Translations under genes and position numbers: made by a program | Notes under the pieces: generated by a model | Seen by the model: the letters and a program-made list of their open reading frames with translations, nothing else | The model's database searches: none | Told to the model about the DNA's origin: nothing | Shown: one piece after another, positions 1 through 11,000 of the stretch | Position numbering within the stretch: the first letter of the stretch is position 1 | How the letters are laid out: each line of letters begins with the position of its first letter | Virus record (IMG/VR): IMGVR_UViG_3300005662_000042 | Span: 694 to 64,693 of that record | Direction: 5' to 3' (one strand) | Source of the DNA: a virus | Lineage: Duplodnaviria > Caudoviricetes | Length of the DNA: 64,000 bases

Positions 1-1
1 A

Positions 2-196
2 ACAGGAGAGCACGGAGACGTCCACTTGACATTCCCAAATAACGTTGTTATTGGTATCAAGCGCGATGTAACTGTTTACCGCTTCTTCTGGCCAAAGAAG
101 GACTCAATCGAATATACAATGTATACTCGCGTTGGAACCCAAATTGAGCAGGCAGATGCATGGGTTGTAGTTAAAGACGTTAAGGTTGCTTCTTAA
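2..196 (+). CDS. Major capsid protein, C-terminal fragment (gene starts before the window)
   Basis: Frame open from base 2: TGEHGDVHLTFPNNVVIGIKRDVTVYRFFWPKKDSIEYTMYTRVGTQIEQADAWVVVKDVKVAS*. Resembles an HK97-fold capsid C-terminus; followed by a strong terminator and head-tail genes. Confidence 0.8.
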   Translation, partial: TGEHGDVHLTFPNNVVIGIKRDVTVYRFFWPKKDSIEYTMYTRVGTQIEQADAWVVVKDVKVAS

Positions 197-217
197 TTAA
201 ATAAGAATTAACTACCG

Positions 218-247
218 AAAGGCCCCCAATTAATTTTGGGGGCTTTT
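218..247 (+). terminator. Rho-independent terminator after the capsid gene
   Basis: AAAGGCCCCCAA-TTAAT-TTTGGGGGCTTTT: GC-rich stem with flanking A and T tracts. Confidence 0.85.
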
Positions 248-263
248 CATTTTAATTTTATAG

Positions 264-272
264 TGCTATAAT
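264..272 (+). promoter_or_regulatory. Extended -10 promoter (TGcTATAAT)
   Basis: TGnTATAAT upstream of the AGGAG RBS and ATG at 298. Confidence 0.6.
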
Positions 273-297
273 TTATATACTTACCAAAGGAGTAAAT

Positions 298-696
298 ATG
301 TCATTTGACACACTTAAGGTCAAAGATCTAAAGACGCTAGCAGCAAACTTTGCAGTTGACGTCGATGGACTAAAAAATAAAGCTGATGTAATTGCAGCTC
401 TAACAGAAGAAGGGGTTACCTGGGCAGTCTACCAAGGAACACTAAAAAACATAGAGAATTCAAAAGAAGACGCAGATGAAATTCTTCCTAGACTAGATCC
501 AAATCAGAAGCTTGATGAAGATATGATTCTAGTAAAGATGGATCGACCAAATGCTAGATATGATGCCCTAGGATTTACATTTACAAGAGATCATCCTTTT
601 GTAGCAATGAAACCAGATGTGGCTCAAGAAATTTTTGATAAGGAGGAAGGGTTTAGATTAGCTACGCCTAGAGAAGTACAGGAGTACTATAACTAA
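298..696 (+). CDS. Virion/head-associated protein with N-terminal HeH (Rho-N-like) helical motif
   Basis: LKVKDLKTLAANFAVDVDGLKNKADVIAAL fits a HeH/SAP-like pattern; lies directly after the capsid gene; AGGAG RBS. Confidence 0.55.
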   Translation: MSFDTLKVKDLKTLAANFAVDVDGLKNKADVIAALTEEGVTWAVYQGTLKNIENSKEDADEILPRLDPNQKLDEDMILVKMDRPNARYDALGFTFTRDHPFVAMKPDVAQEIFDKEEGFRLATPREVQEYYN

Positions 697-705
697 GCCT
701 AACAA

Positions 706-1689
706 ATGGCAGAGATATATAAGTATAGTAATACAGCAGTATCAAATAAGTTATATGTAAATGGAGAAGCAATTGAGCCAGACGGCGCAGTCACGGTAAA
801 CGTATTTGATATAACTAAAGATCCTCTTGTGTCTCCACGAATTGATCCAACACAATCTTTAACATTGCAAACTGCTCTACCTTCCGAGGTAGATACTGGG
901 GTTTACAGTTTTTATTTGCCATTGGGTTATACATCAAGAGATAGAAAATTCCGTTTAGTATGGAACTATGCTTATAAATCAGTCATGCATCAGCACGTAA
1001 CTTACCTAGATGTAGTTACACCATACGTTTCTATACAAGAAGCAATAGAAGATTTAGGATTTGGTTCTGATGCAAATGATCCAAATTATAAAACATATCA
1101 TGAAATAAGGATGGCAGAAAAATATGCCAGAAAAATGGTAGAGTTTTACACTGGGCAAAAGTTCTTTTTGTTTGACGATACATTTACAGTAATGGGAAAT
1201 GATTCAGACACGCTGCCATTGCCTAGGAAAATTCATACACTTTTTACTTTAGAGCAAAATGACCAGATGCTAGTAGATAAGTTAAACGACGTATCTTATG
1301 TTGGATACGATATTGAGCCTACTACAAGTGGTTTTGGAATTAGAGTAAATGTGGTTAATTTTGTAGATAACGATGTTTATATTGCAAATGGAATGGTTCC
1401 TCCGTCTATACATGACTCAAGCCCAAATATTTTTAGAAGGAATAAGCATTATGATATCTATGCAAGATTTGGATGGGAATATGTTCCAGATGAAGTAGAG
1501 CAGGCAACCATTGAAATAATGCGTACCTATTTTGCTAAAGATAGGGCATGGAAAGATAGATATATAAATAAAATTTCTACAACAGACTGGAATTTCCAAT
1601 ACGGTTCAGACGCATTTACTGGAACAGGATCTGCATACGCAGATAAGCTTCTTCTAGACTATGTGGTCACACAAATGGTAGTGGTGTAA
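706..1689 (+). CDS. Head-to-tail adaptor
   Basis: 327 aa; position; C-terminal 'RFGWEYVPDEVEQATIEIMRTY' typical of adaptors. Confidence 0.7.
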   Translation: MAEIYKYSNTAVSNKLYVNGEAIEPDGAVTVNVFDITKDPLVSPRIDPTQSLTLQTALPSEVDTGVYSFYLPLGYTSRDRKFRLVWNYAYKSVMHQHVTYLDVVTPYVSIQEAIEDLGFGSDANDPNYKTYHEIRMAEKYARKMVEFYTGQKFFLFDDTFTVMGNDSDTLPLPRKIHTLFTLEQNDQMLVDKLNDVSYVGYDIEPTTSGFGIRVNVVNFVDNDVYIANGMVPPSIHDSSPNIFRRNKHYDIYARFGWEYVPDEVEQATIEIMRTYFAKDRAWKDRYINKISTTDWNFQYGSDAFTGTGSAYADKLLLDYVVTQMVVV

Positions 1690-2114
1690 TGCTAGACGTA
1701 GTTGATGGATTGATGTCTATGAAGATGGACATATATGCTCAAAGTGAACAACAGGATCCAGACACTGGTGCAATCGTAAGAGAGTTTTCTTACATAAAAA
1801 CAATAGACTGCTATGCCAGAGGAATAATTACAGAAAGCCGAAATAGAAGTAATGACAATCAAAGCTTTTCAAATAAGTATTCTAATAACCAATACATAGA
1901 AGCTAGAACATCAGAAAGGCTAACGCCAAGAGATAAGATAAAAAACATTAGGGACGCCAGTGGTAAACCAATATGGTATGAGCTTAACTATCCAAGTGAC
2001 ACCCCAACAGTGTTTGACGTTGTAGGAACAACACCCATATCAGATCCTTTTGGAAATGTACTAGGGTACAACTCATCATTACAAAGAGCGGAGAACCAGC
2101 AAATTGGCATCTGA
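1689..2114 (+). CDS. Head closure/stopper protein
   Basis: 141 aa; TAATG coupling to the previous gene; position in the neck module. Confidence 0.6.
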   Translation: MLDVVDGLMSMKMDIYAQSEQQDPDTGAIVREFSYIKTIDCYARGIITESRNRSNDNQSFSNKYSNNQYIEARTSERLTPRDKIKNIRDASGKPIWYELNYPSDTPTVFDVVGTTPISDPFGNVLGYNSSLQRAENQQIGI

Positions 2115-2895
2115 AATTTTAGCAATTAGAGCAGCAAGCGGCTTAGTTAATTTAATGTCTAAGAAGCCAGTAAGTGGTGCAATAAAAGACAGTACAGTCG
2201 CACAAATATCTGCAGCTCTTTTTTATAAAACAAATGTAATGGCAAAGCTTGCGTCAAACCCGCAGTTTCAATCAGCATTTAGGAATATTATATTTGATCA
2301 GCTTCAGGTTGATTTTGGAGATTACATTGATGCAAAAGCCAGATCGGGCCCCAAATCTTTTCACCATGTATATGAATGGGGAAGGATTGGAGATGACGAA
2401 GCTCGATTATTTAAATTAAATAAGTTGCCAGCAGATGGACTATCTTTAAAAGTTAATTATGAATTAATAGACTCTCAGTCGTTTGTTCCATCTGAGAATT
2501 CTAATAATAAACATGTATTTATTAAAAAAGCAGAAGTTATGGAAGAGGGAAAGCCTGTAGTCATTGCGCCACGATTTTCTGAAAGACTAGTATTTGATGT
2601 AAGTGGATATACTGTATTCATGCCAAAGGGGCAACCTGTTACTGTAAGAAAGCCAGGCGGGGCTGGAACTAAAAACTCTTTCTTTTCTGCATATAAGTAT
2701 TTTTTTACTGGTCAACTTGTCAGTATGTCTATTAAAAAATCTGGATTCCAAAGACTTTTTAATTCATCTTTATCTAGAGCACTTGGAGTGCCAGTTCAAA
2801 TTAAAACAGTTAAATATAGTTTTTCTGCCAACCAGCTAGCAAACGAGGCAGATGTTGCAATATCATCATCTTTTGCGAGGTTGGCAAATGGCTAA
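2104..2895 (+). CDS. Neck/tail-completion protein
   Basis: 263-aa ORF between stopper and tail terminator. Confidence 0.5.
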   Translation: MASEILAIRAASGLVNLMSKKPVSGAIKDSTVAQISAALFYKTNVMAKLASNPQFQSAFRNIIFDQLQVDFGDYIDAKARSGPKSFHHVYEWGRIGDDEARLFKLNKLPADGLSLKVNYELIDSQSFVPSENSNNKHVFIKKAEVMEEGKPVVIAPRFSERLVFDVSGYTVFMPKGQPVTVRKPGGAGTKNSFFSAYKYFFTGQLVSMSIKKSGFQRLFNSSLSRALGVPVQIKTVKYSFSANQLANEADVAISSSFARLANG

Positions 2896-3397
2896 TTATA
2901 AACTAGATGCAATGTTTGAAATAAGAAAGTTTTTGTGGGGTAGGCTAACTGCTCTTAATATATTTGATCAAGAAGATTACTATTCGGATAATCTTAGAGA
3001 GTCTCTTATCCCAATAGTTCCAGTTCAACAGCAGCCAGAAATGAATCAATTTTTAAGTGGGAAAAAACATATAGTTTATGACAAGGTCGGGATGTCATAT
3101 GAGAATAACTGGATGATATGTTGCGAGCAGATACTGTTAACTATATATTCACCAGATCTTTTAGATATTGTCGAGATAAGAAACTTCCTGACTGATGAGT
3201 TTAGAAGAATGGACGAGTCGGCTAGAGATATGAACAGGTGGGCTGGCCTATCAGATAAATTTAAGTTCCATAGTATTCATATAGCCGATATATCTTCTAC
3301 AGCTCCATCAGAAGAAATACAGGGATTCTTTGCAGCAGATGTAATATTGGAAGCAAAATACTCCAGAATAACCAATGGCCAAGGCAGATTTGCCTAA
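2888..3397 (+). CDS. Tail terminator protein
   Basis: ATG at 2888 (MANYKLD) overlapping the previous stop; immediately precedes the major tail gene. Confidence 0.55.
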   Translation: MANYKLDAMFEIRKFLWGRLTALNIFDQEDYYSDNLRESLIPIVPVQQQPEMNQFLSGKKHIVYDKVGMSYENNWMICCEQILLTIYSPDLLDIVEIRNFLTDEFRRMDESARDMNRWAGLSDKFKFHSIHIADISSTAPSEEIQGFFAADVILEAKYSRITNGQGRFA

Positions 3398-3398
3398 C

Positions 3399-3427
3399 TT
3401 GCCTTTTATAAAATAGTAGAGTAAAAT
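3399..3427 (+). promoter_or_regulatory. Sigma70-type promoter for the major tail gene
   Basis: TTGCCT-17 nt-TAAAAT. Confidence 0.6.
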
Positions 3428-3498
3428 TAGAACAGAGGAAAGGGCCTAGCCAGCCAATATATATATATTAATTTCATATGAAATCAGGAGGAAATACA

Positions 3499-4242
3499 AT
3501 GGCACAATCACAAGGAGACGCCCGCAATATTCTCGTAGGCGCATCACCGCTATTTTTATCAGTAGAAGATTCAACATCAGCTGGTTATGATTCAAGCATG
3601 GAAGCAGGCGTACTAAACGCATTTGTTGCAAACAAGAATCAGTATGTACCAGCTTTTGAATCAGGAAAGTCTTACACAACAACACTAAACAGTGTTTTGA
3701 CTGAAAAAGCAGCAACACAAACAACAGCACCAGCAGAAGCAAAGGGTGGAGCTTACAGAAACGTAGGATTTACAAATAACGGTCTTCAGATCAGCTACCA
3801 GCCAACATTTGACTCAGTAACTGTTGACCAGTTGCTAGATACAGCTAAGTTGTTTAAGTCTGCAATGCAGGTTCAAATTTCAACAGAAATGTCAGAAGGT
3901 ACTCTAGAGAACATTCTTGCAGTATTCGGACAGAAGTCATCAACACTTACATCAGCAGGAACAGGTGCAACAGCAGTTGACACACTAGGTTTGGAAGCAG
4001 GTGCACTTGGTGCAGCTCCAACAGAGCGTCAGCTAATTGCAGTTGGACAGGCTCCAACTTCAGAGGCATCAGAAACTGAGCGTGTATATTATGCACGTCG
4101 TGTTCTTTCTGTTGAGCAGTCACAGTTCTCTTTGGCTCGTACAGCAGCAACAACATTCCCAGTAACATTCCGTCTGCTACCAGACGTAAATGCTGTTGGT
4201 TCAGAATACGGTAAGATTATTGACCGTGTTATAACACTTTAA
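3499..4242 (+). CDS. Major tail tube protein
   Basis: AGGAGG RBS, ATG at 3499; 'YRNVGFTNNGLQISYQPTFDSVTVDQLLD' siphoviral tail-tube pattern; followed by terminator, chaperone and TMP. Confidence 0.85.
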   Translation: MAQSQGDARNILVGASPLFLSVEDSTSAGYDSSMEAGVLNAFVANKNQYVPAFESGKSYTTTLNSVLTEKAATQTTAPAEAKGGAYRNVGFTNNGLQISYQPTFDSVTVDQLLDTAKLFKSAMQVQISTEMSEGTLENILAVFGQKSSTLTSAGTGATAVDTLGLEAGALGAAPTERQLIAVGQAPTSEASETERVYYARRVLSVEQSQFSLARTAATTFPVTFRLLPDVNAVGSEYGKIIDRVITL

Positions 4243-4262
4243 TTATTAATATAATTAATATC

Positions 4263-4288
4263 AAAGCCCCCAAGAAATTGGGGGCTTT
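4263..4288 (+). terminator. Terminator after the major tail gene
   Basis: AAAGCCCCCA-AGAAAT-TGGGGGCTTT; stem nearly identical to the capsid terminator. Confidence 0.8.
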
Positions 4289-4292
4289 GGTG

Positions 4293-4321
4293 TTGTATCC
4301 GTATAATGGTTATGCTATAAT
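4293..4321 (+). promoter_or_regulatory. Promoter for the tail chaperone/TMP operon
   Basis: TTGTAT-17 nt-TATAAT with extended TG. Confidence 0.65.
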
Positions 4322-4349
4322 AATTTAGACGATCCTTAAGGAGGATAAA

Positions 4350-4682
4350 ATGGCAACAACAGTATATGACGTAGAAGAGATTGAACTACAAAGCGGGGCT
4401 AAAGTAAAGCTCAAGCCATTATCAATCAAGCAACTACGCAAGTTTATGGAAGTAATTAAGAAAGTGCAAGATGCAGAAGACGAGACTGCAACACTTGGAA
4501 TTTTAGTTGAAGCATGCGGAGTAGCATTAGAAGTTCAACTACCAGATCTTGTTAAGGATATAGACAAGCTTGAAGAAGCATTAGACGTTCCAACAATCAA
4601 TCGCATTCTTGAAGTTTGCGGAGGAATTAAGATGGACGACCCAAACCTAATAGCGGCAGCGGTACTGGCTGGTCAGAACTAG
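4350..4682 (+). CDS. Tail assembly chaperone (gpG-like)
   Basis: 110 aa; AGGAGG RBS; between major tail gene and TMP. Confidence 0.85.
   Translation: MATTVYDVEEIELQSGAKVKLKPLSIKQLRKFMEVIKKVQDAEDETATLGILVEACGVALEVQLPDLVKDIDKLEEALDVPTINRILEVCGGIKMDDPNLIAAAVLAGQN
4640..4646 (+). other. -1 programmed ribosomal frameshift site C CCA AAC
   Basis: X XXY YYZ heptamer in the chaperone reading frame; the -1 frame is stop-free from 4631 to 5017. Confidence 0.8.
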
Positions 4683-5017
4683 ATTTAGCCGCTTTAGAGG
4701 GTCAAGTTTTTCTTCTAGGACACTGGAAGAATTACGAAGAACTAGAAGAAAATTTATCGATGCCAGAGTTAGTTCAAACAATAACAGCGATAAATGAAAA
4801 AGAGCATAACCAGAGAAGATTTGCAGCATCACTAAAAGGAATACAATTAGATGATGCTGTAGAAGAAAAAGAAAAAGGTTCTACCTTTGAAGACATCCAA
4901 AGAAGAGCCCTTGGAATACATACATCAGCAGATGATGTTGTTAGTTTACAAGGACCCTTTGCAGCACAAGCTGGATTTGGAATCGGAGCAGGGTTAGGAT
5001 ACTCTAGGAGTGATTAG
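4640..5017 (+). CDS. Tail assembly chaperone frameshifted extension (gpGT-like C-terminal part)
   Basis: Open -1 frame ...WSELDLAALEGQVFLLGHWKNYEELEENLSMPEL...; includes the called ORF 4760..5017. Confidence 0.75.
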   Translation, partial: PKPNSGSGTGWSELDLAALEGQVFLLGHWKNYEELEENLSMPELVQTITAINEKEHNQRRFAASLKGIQLDDAVEEKEKGSTFEDIQRRALGIHTSADDVVSLQGPFAAQAGFGIGAGLGYSRSD

Positions 5018-8000
5018 TGGCTGACGAACAAATTGTAACGAGTATAGTCGCCAAAGCCGACTTGTCTAGCCTTGTGTCTGAAGTACACAGGGCTAGTTCC
5101 AGTCTCCAACAATTACAAAGAGAGCTTCTTTCTTCAAACAGAGCAATAGCTTCTTCAACAAAGTTAGCAAACAACTTATTTAGAGATACATTAACAGGTA
5201 GCGGGCAGTTCTCTAGTCACTTTGTAAACCTTAATTCAGATGTAGACAAGTTTGGTAAAAACTTAGATGCTGGAAGATTAAAGCTTAAGAACTACTTCTC
5301 AACATTTAGAGAACATGCCACTACCCAAAAGGGTATGATTAGGGAACTTGCTAAAGAGCAAGTAATGCTTCAAAATTCAGTACTACAGCCGTTGGGAAGA
5401 AATGCCCAGGGGCTAATGCAGTATAACGTAATGATTCCAAGAGGTCTTGATGCTGTAAAGAATAGTGCACAGCTAGCTAGAATGGAAATGCAGATTATGA
5501 ATCGTGCATTGTCAGAAGGAGCTGGATCTTTAATTAACTGGGGTAAAAATACTCAGTGGGCTGGTAGACAGCTTACAGTAGGATTAACTGTCCCTCTTAC
5601 AATGTTCGGTGCTGCAGCAGGAAAAGCTTTTAGAGAAGCAGATCAAGAGCTTGTAAGACTAACAAAGGTTTATGGTGGATTAGCTTCAACTTCAGCAGCA
5701 GATTTAAAAGCAATTAGAGAAGAAGTTGTTCAGACAGCAAAGTCTTTATCTCAAACTATGGGAGCTTCTTTTAAAGACACAATTGCTTTAGGTGCTGATA
5801 TTGCTGCAACTGGAAAAATGGGTAACGATCTTTTAGGTTCTATAGAAGAAACAACAAGACTAGCAATACTTGGTGAAGTAGATAGACAAGATGCTATGAA
5901 AGCAACTCTTTCAATTCAAACAGCATTTAAGCAAAATACAGAAGAGCTTACGGCATCAATTAACTTTCTTAACGCAGTTGAAAACCAAACATCTACAACA
6001 CTTAATGATTTAGTAGAAGCAATTCCAAAAGCTGGTCCAGTTGTACAGCAGCTTGGCGGCAGCATTGAAGACTTAGCCCTTTATATGACTGCAATGAGAG
6101 AGGGTGGAATTAATGCTTCAGAAGGCGCAAACGCATTAAAGTCAGGTTTAGCTTCTTTAATTAATCCAACAAAACAAACAATCGGAATGATGTCAGATTT
6201 TGGTATAGATGTAATGGGAATGGTTGCAAAAAATACTGGAGACACAACTGGGTTATTAATGGATTTGCAATTTGCTCTAGATAAACTGGATCCTTTAAGT
6301 AAGGCTAGAGCAATGGAGCAGATGTTTGGAAAGTTCCAGTTTGCAAGAATGAGCGCACTTTTAAATAACCTAGGTAAAGAGGGAAGCCAGACTTTACAGG
6401 TTATGGAATTAATGAAAGCAAGCACTTCAGATTTAGCAGGAATTGCTGAGCGAGAATTAGGAATGATAACAGAGTCAGCTTCTGGAAAATACAGAAGAGC
6501 AATGGAATCGCTAAAAGCATCTCTTGCAGATATTGGAGAAGACTTTCTTCCAGTTGCAACAAAGCTTATAAATGCCGCATCAAAGATACTAGACTTCTTT
6601 AGTAATTTACCAGCACCAATTAAAAAAGCAGTAACATTTATGGCAGGATTTACTGCATTAGTTGGACCACTTATTATGTTAACGGGTGTGCTTGCTAACT
6701 TCTTTGGATATATAACAAAAGGAATTGTACAGCTTAGAGCATTTTTCATGAAAGCAAGCGGATGGAAAATGCTTACTCCAGAAATTATTGCCGCACAAAA
6801 AGCAGCAGAGATGGTCGAGAATGCATTTTATTCAGATGCAGCTGCGGCTCAGGTTCTTCACAATGCATTACAAAAACTTGTTTTAGATTATCAAAACCTT
6901 CAAGCTGCATCAATGAAGGGTGCAGTTCCAGTAAATCCAGGAGTAAGCACAGTTGGTGGATCCACAATAGTTACTGCTGGAAGAAGAATTGTAGATGCTT
7001 CTGATCCTTATGTGGGAGATCCTAATACAAGGGCAATGTCACACATTAATCCTAGAGACCCAAATAATCCTGCAACAATATTTGGAGGGGTCCCAGGAGC
7101 AGTTCCAGTAAACAGAGGAATAGCAAGAACTCCTCAAATGTACATGCATGATAGACTTCCAAACGTTGAGGGTCTAACAAGTGTTAAGGGAATATCAACT
7201 GGAATTGTTCCAGGAGAGGCAGCAAAATTCCATGCATTAATGGCAACACTTGGAATGCAGACAGAGCAAGAAGTAGCATCATTAAAGAAAACAATTGCTA
7301 TGGGTGGAACAGTAAGCAGAGAACTTCTGGATACATTCGATGATATTCTTCCAATAACTCAAAGATTTGCCGACAGCGCAGCAACACAAGCAGCAGCAAT
7401 AGTTCAACAATTAAGAAATTCAGAAATAACAGTTGAGCAAGCAAAGGCAAGAATACTTGCACTAAACGCACAAATAGAAGCAGACATGGGTGCTGCAGTA
7501 ACTGCATACGCTGCATCACGAGGAAGAACAATTGATTTAACAAGAGCTCCAATGATGGGCCAGCCAGTCGTTGATGCAAATGGACAGTTTACGCTAAGAG
7601 ATTTATATAAGAAAAAAGCAAATGCTTCTGTAATGGAAGAGTTTGGAAGACTTCGAGGCATAAGAACATTTGGAGCTCCTTACAGTATTCAAACTACTAG
7701 AATGCCTAGATTTAATGATGGTGGAGGCATCGAGTCTTTTGGCCCAGGCAAGACTATGGTTTCTGGACCATCTTCAATTAATTATGATGACAGACTTGGC
7801 AGTGTTCCAGTTGGCGGGTATGTATTAAATCAGCAAGCCGCAATGGATCCAGCTAATGCTGCATTAGTAGCTATGGCACCAAGTACTTATTTAAATAACG
7901 GTGGAAATATTACTGCAGCTCTTACTCCACGGGAAGTAGTATTCGGACCTCAAATTCAAAGAATGCCTGAGCTATATGCAGCAGTAGATGCAGCAAACAA

Positions 8001-11000
8001 TGGTTATAATTTTGGCGGGCAGATCATGGATGGAGTTACTGGCTATGGAAAGAAAACTGCAAGAACTCCAAATGTAGAAGATAAAGCTTATTACAAGAAG
8101 CAGTTAAAAGAATATTTAAGATTTATTAATAACCCAAGATATGAAGACGACATCAGAGTAAGAATGATTATGCTTGATGCTGCAGAGCTAGCACATACAG
8201 CAGGTATACCAGTAGACAAGGCTATAAAAATTGCTTCGAGTAATTTTGATTTAGCAAAGAGTGCATCTGGTGGATCAATTGAAAAGTTTATTGAACAAAG
8301 AATTAAGCAGGTCAAGGGCCTAGAGAGAAGATATCCATCATTAAAACATCCAGATTCTTCATCTACAAGAACTCCTAATAGCAAGGCTTTAAACTACAAG
8401 CTAAATGATGTTAGATCGGCAATGCTTAGGAGCCCAAGATTTAAAAATGTTTTTGATTTAATTGATGGAATATCTCCAACCACAATAAAGAACCCTGGCG
8501 GAATGCCTTTGCTAGAAGGACTTCATGTTAGAGGCCACGTACTTAGACACGGACAGGTAGGATACGCAACCAGAGGTCATATGGGAGTTGCAGCAGTACT
8601 TCCTCATGGAATTAATAGTTTAATGTCACGACTTCAGGGGATAGGAATTTCTCCAGATGTACTAAGTTTAACAGGCCCAGATGCAAGAAAGAATTTTGAA
8701 ATAGCGCTAAAGTCTGTCGGAATGCACAGAATGACAAGCGTAGACGACATTGCAACAGCGCTAGAAGACAATAATTTATTTAAGAGCAAATCAGAAATTC
8801 AATCAGGAAGAGCAATTAGAGCAACCTCAAAACAAAGAAATGATTTGCAAATGTTCCTAGAGGCAGTAATGTCTAGGAAAAAATGGGTTATGATCCCTAG
8901 AGGAAGACCTCCTATTATGACTCCAGTTCTTGCAAAATTAAATAAGGGTGGAATGATCCCAGGCGGAAGTATATCTAGGGGTAGAAGTTCTTATGGCAAC
9001 CCAATGCCTTTATTGGCACCAGAGAAGATGCTTAAAATTTTAACAACAGCAAAGCAATTAAGCTCAAGAGAAGCACTAGGCTCATTTGCCGATACACCAA
9101 TAACTCAGTACGGACATAGAATTGCTGGCAGCTCTGGCATGAGCTACCCGATACCTGGTGTATCTGGTGTATACAGAGACGCTAAAGGTAAACTAGTTTT
9201 TGTTAAAGGCGTCTCACATGAAGCAGTTGCAATTCATGAGCCAATAGGGGCGGACATTGTTAGAAAGGGGTTTAAGATAAATACCCCAGTAATGGGAGCT
9301 AGAACAGTATCTAATCCTTTAGACCCAACAAAAAATAGTAAACTTCTTGCTCTAGAATCAGACTACGACCCACGCTTTGTAAAAACTAATGTGCCATGGG
9401 ATGAAGGTACAGTAATTAGACAGCTTGCCGCTTCTCTTCTTATGAATAATAAAGATTTGTCTAGGTCAAATGTATTTGGTAACTTTAATCCAGATGTTGG
9501 ACAATCTGGAGTATTTACTAGAGCATCTGGAAATACAGCAGTCGCAAAAGCTGAAGAAATGAACTCAATGGAAAAACAAGCAATGATTAACTTGCTTGCT
9601 GTTAGAGGCGGAGCAAGAAAAGACTTTGCACGTGATACAGCTCCAATAGTTGCTAAGATGAGCCCAAGAAGATATGGTCGACTAATGAAGGATGCATTAG
9701 TGCAAGCTCGTCCAGAATTAGTAAAGATTATAAACGGATTGCCTAAAGAAATTCGTGGCCCTTATATTGCAATGCTTAAAAGGTTGGATGATGGAATCGA
9801 AGTTGATTGGAGTAAATACCATTCTTTGCATGCTAATCCAACATACCTTAATGCTGGAGGTCCAATCGGCGGAGGCTTAATTAGAAGAGGTAGATATGCC
9901 TACGGTGCTAAAAAAGATGGATCAAGAAGATCAGGAAATCCAGCAAAAAGAGCTGAGCAAGAAAGATTAAGAGCAGAAAGAGCAGCATCTTATCAGCCAA
10001 CAAGATCTGGCTCTTCTTACACAGCTACTGGTAATCCACAAGTACAGGTTACCCGTGTCCCTTATGTTGGAGGAACTGGAGTACGTGGAAACGCTTACAC
10101 TGGACAACTTACTCCTTCTGCAGCTAGAACTATTAGCACAATGAGGCTGGCACAATTCCCTTATATGAATATGCCAACTATGCCAATGAACATTCCAGGG
10201 ATTGGAAATACAGCAGCAATAACACAAGCATTTTCGTCTGTATCTTCTTCTATACAAAAGGGTTCAATAAGATTCAACCTAGAGCTACTCAACGCAGCTA
10301 GTAAAATGGGAATTGCCTATAAGCAGTCTACAATGTCAATCATAAATGTTTCAAAGACTGCAGTAGCAACAGCTAGAAATTTTGCAACATCATCAGCTGA
10401 TATGGCTAAAGGTTTTGTGCAAAGAAGACAAGCTGAAATATTAAGAGAGCAGGCTTTAGTTACAGCAAGACATTATCCTAATGGAGGATTCGATCCTTAT
10501 CAAAGATCATACTTCGGGCCTGGAATGGTCGGAGACTGGAGAAGCACTGGTCAAGATGGAATACAGAAAAGAAAAGTAGGAAGCCTCGGATTTAGAAAAA
10601 CAGAGTATATGATTGATGGTCAGCATATGACTAAGGCTCAAGCAAAGGCAGCAGGAGTTGCTTTGCCTCCAAGAGGTATGGGCATGGGCAGCCAAATGGG
10701 AATCGGAATGGCTGGATCAATGGGCGGTATGGCCTTGATGCAGAAAGAAAAGGTTAACGTACTTGGTTATGAAATGTCTGGAGCATCAGCAGGAATGGGT
10801 GTTATGGCTGCAAGCAGCATACTTCCATTCTTACCATATGCAAAAATGGGTGCTGGACTTAAGAGCGCAGGAACTGCATCAGTAGGTCTTGCAAAAGGAA
10901 TGGCAGCGGCAGCTAAAGCTGGAACATTCTTTATAAAAATACTTCCAAAATTGCTACACTTTGCCAAAGCCTTTGGCCCAATCGGATTAGTTATAACAGC

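Noticed and set aside
3457-3470. (TA)n run in the major tail leader
   Set aside because: Short; expected by chance in an AT-rich intergenic region.
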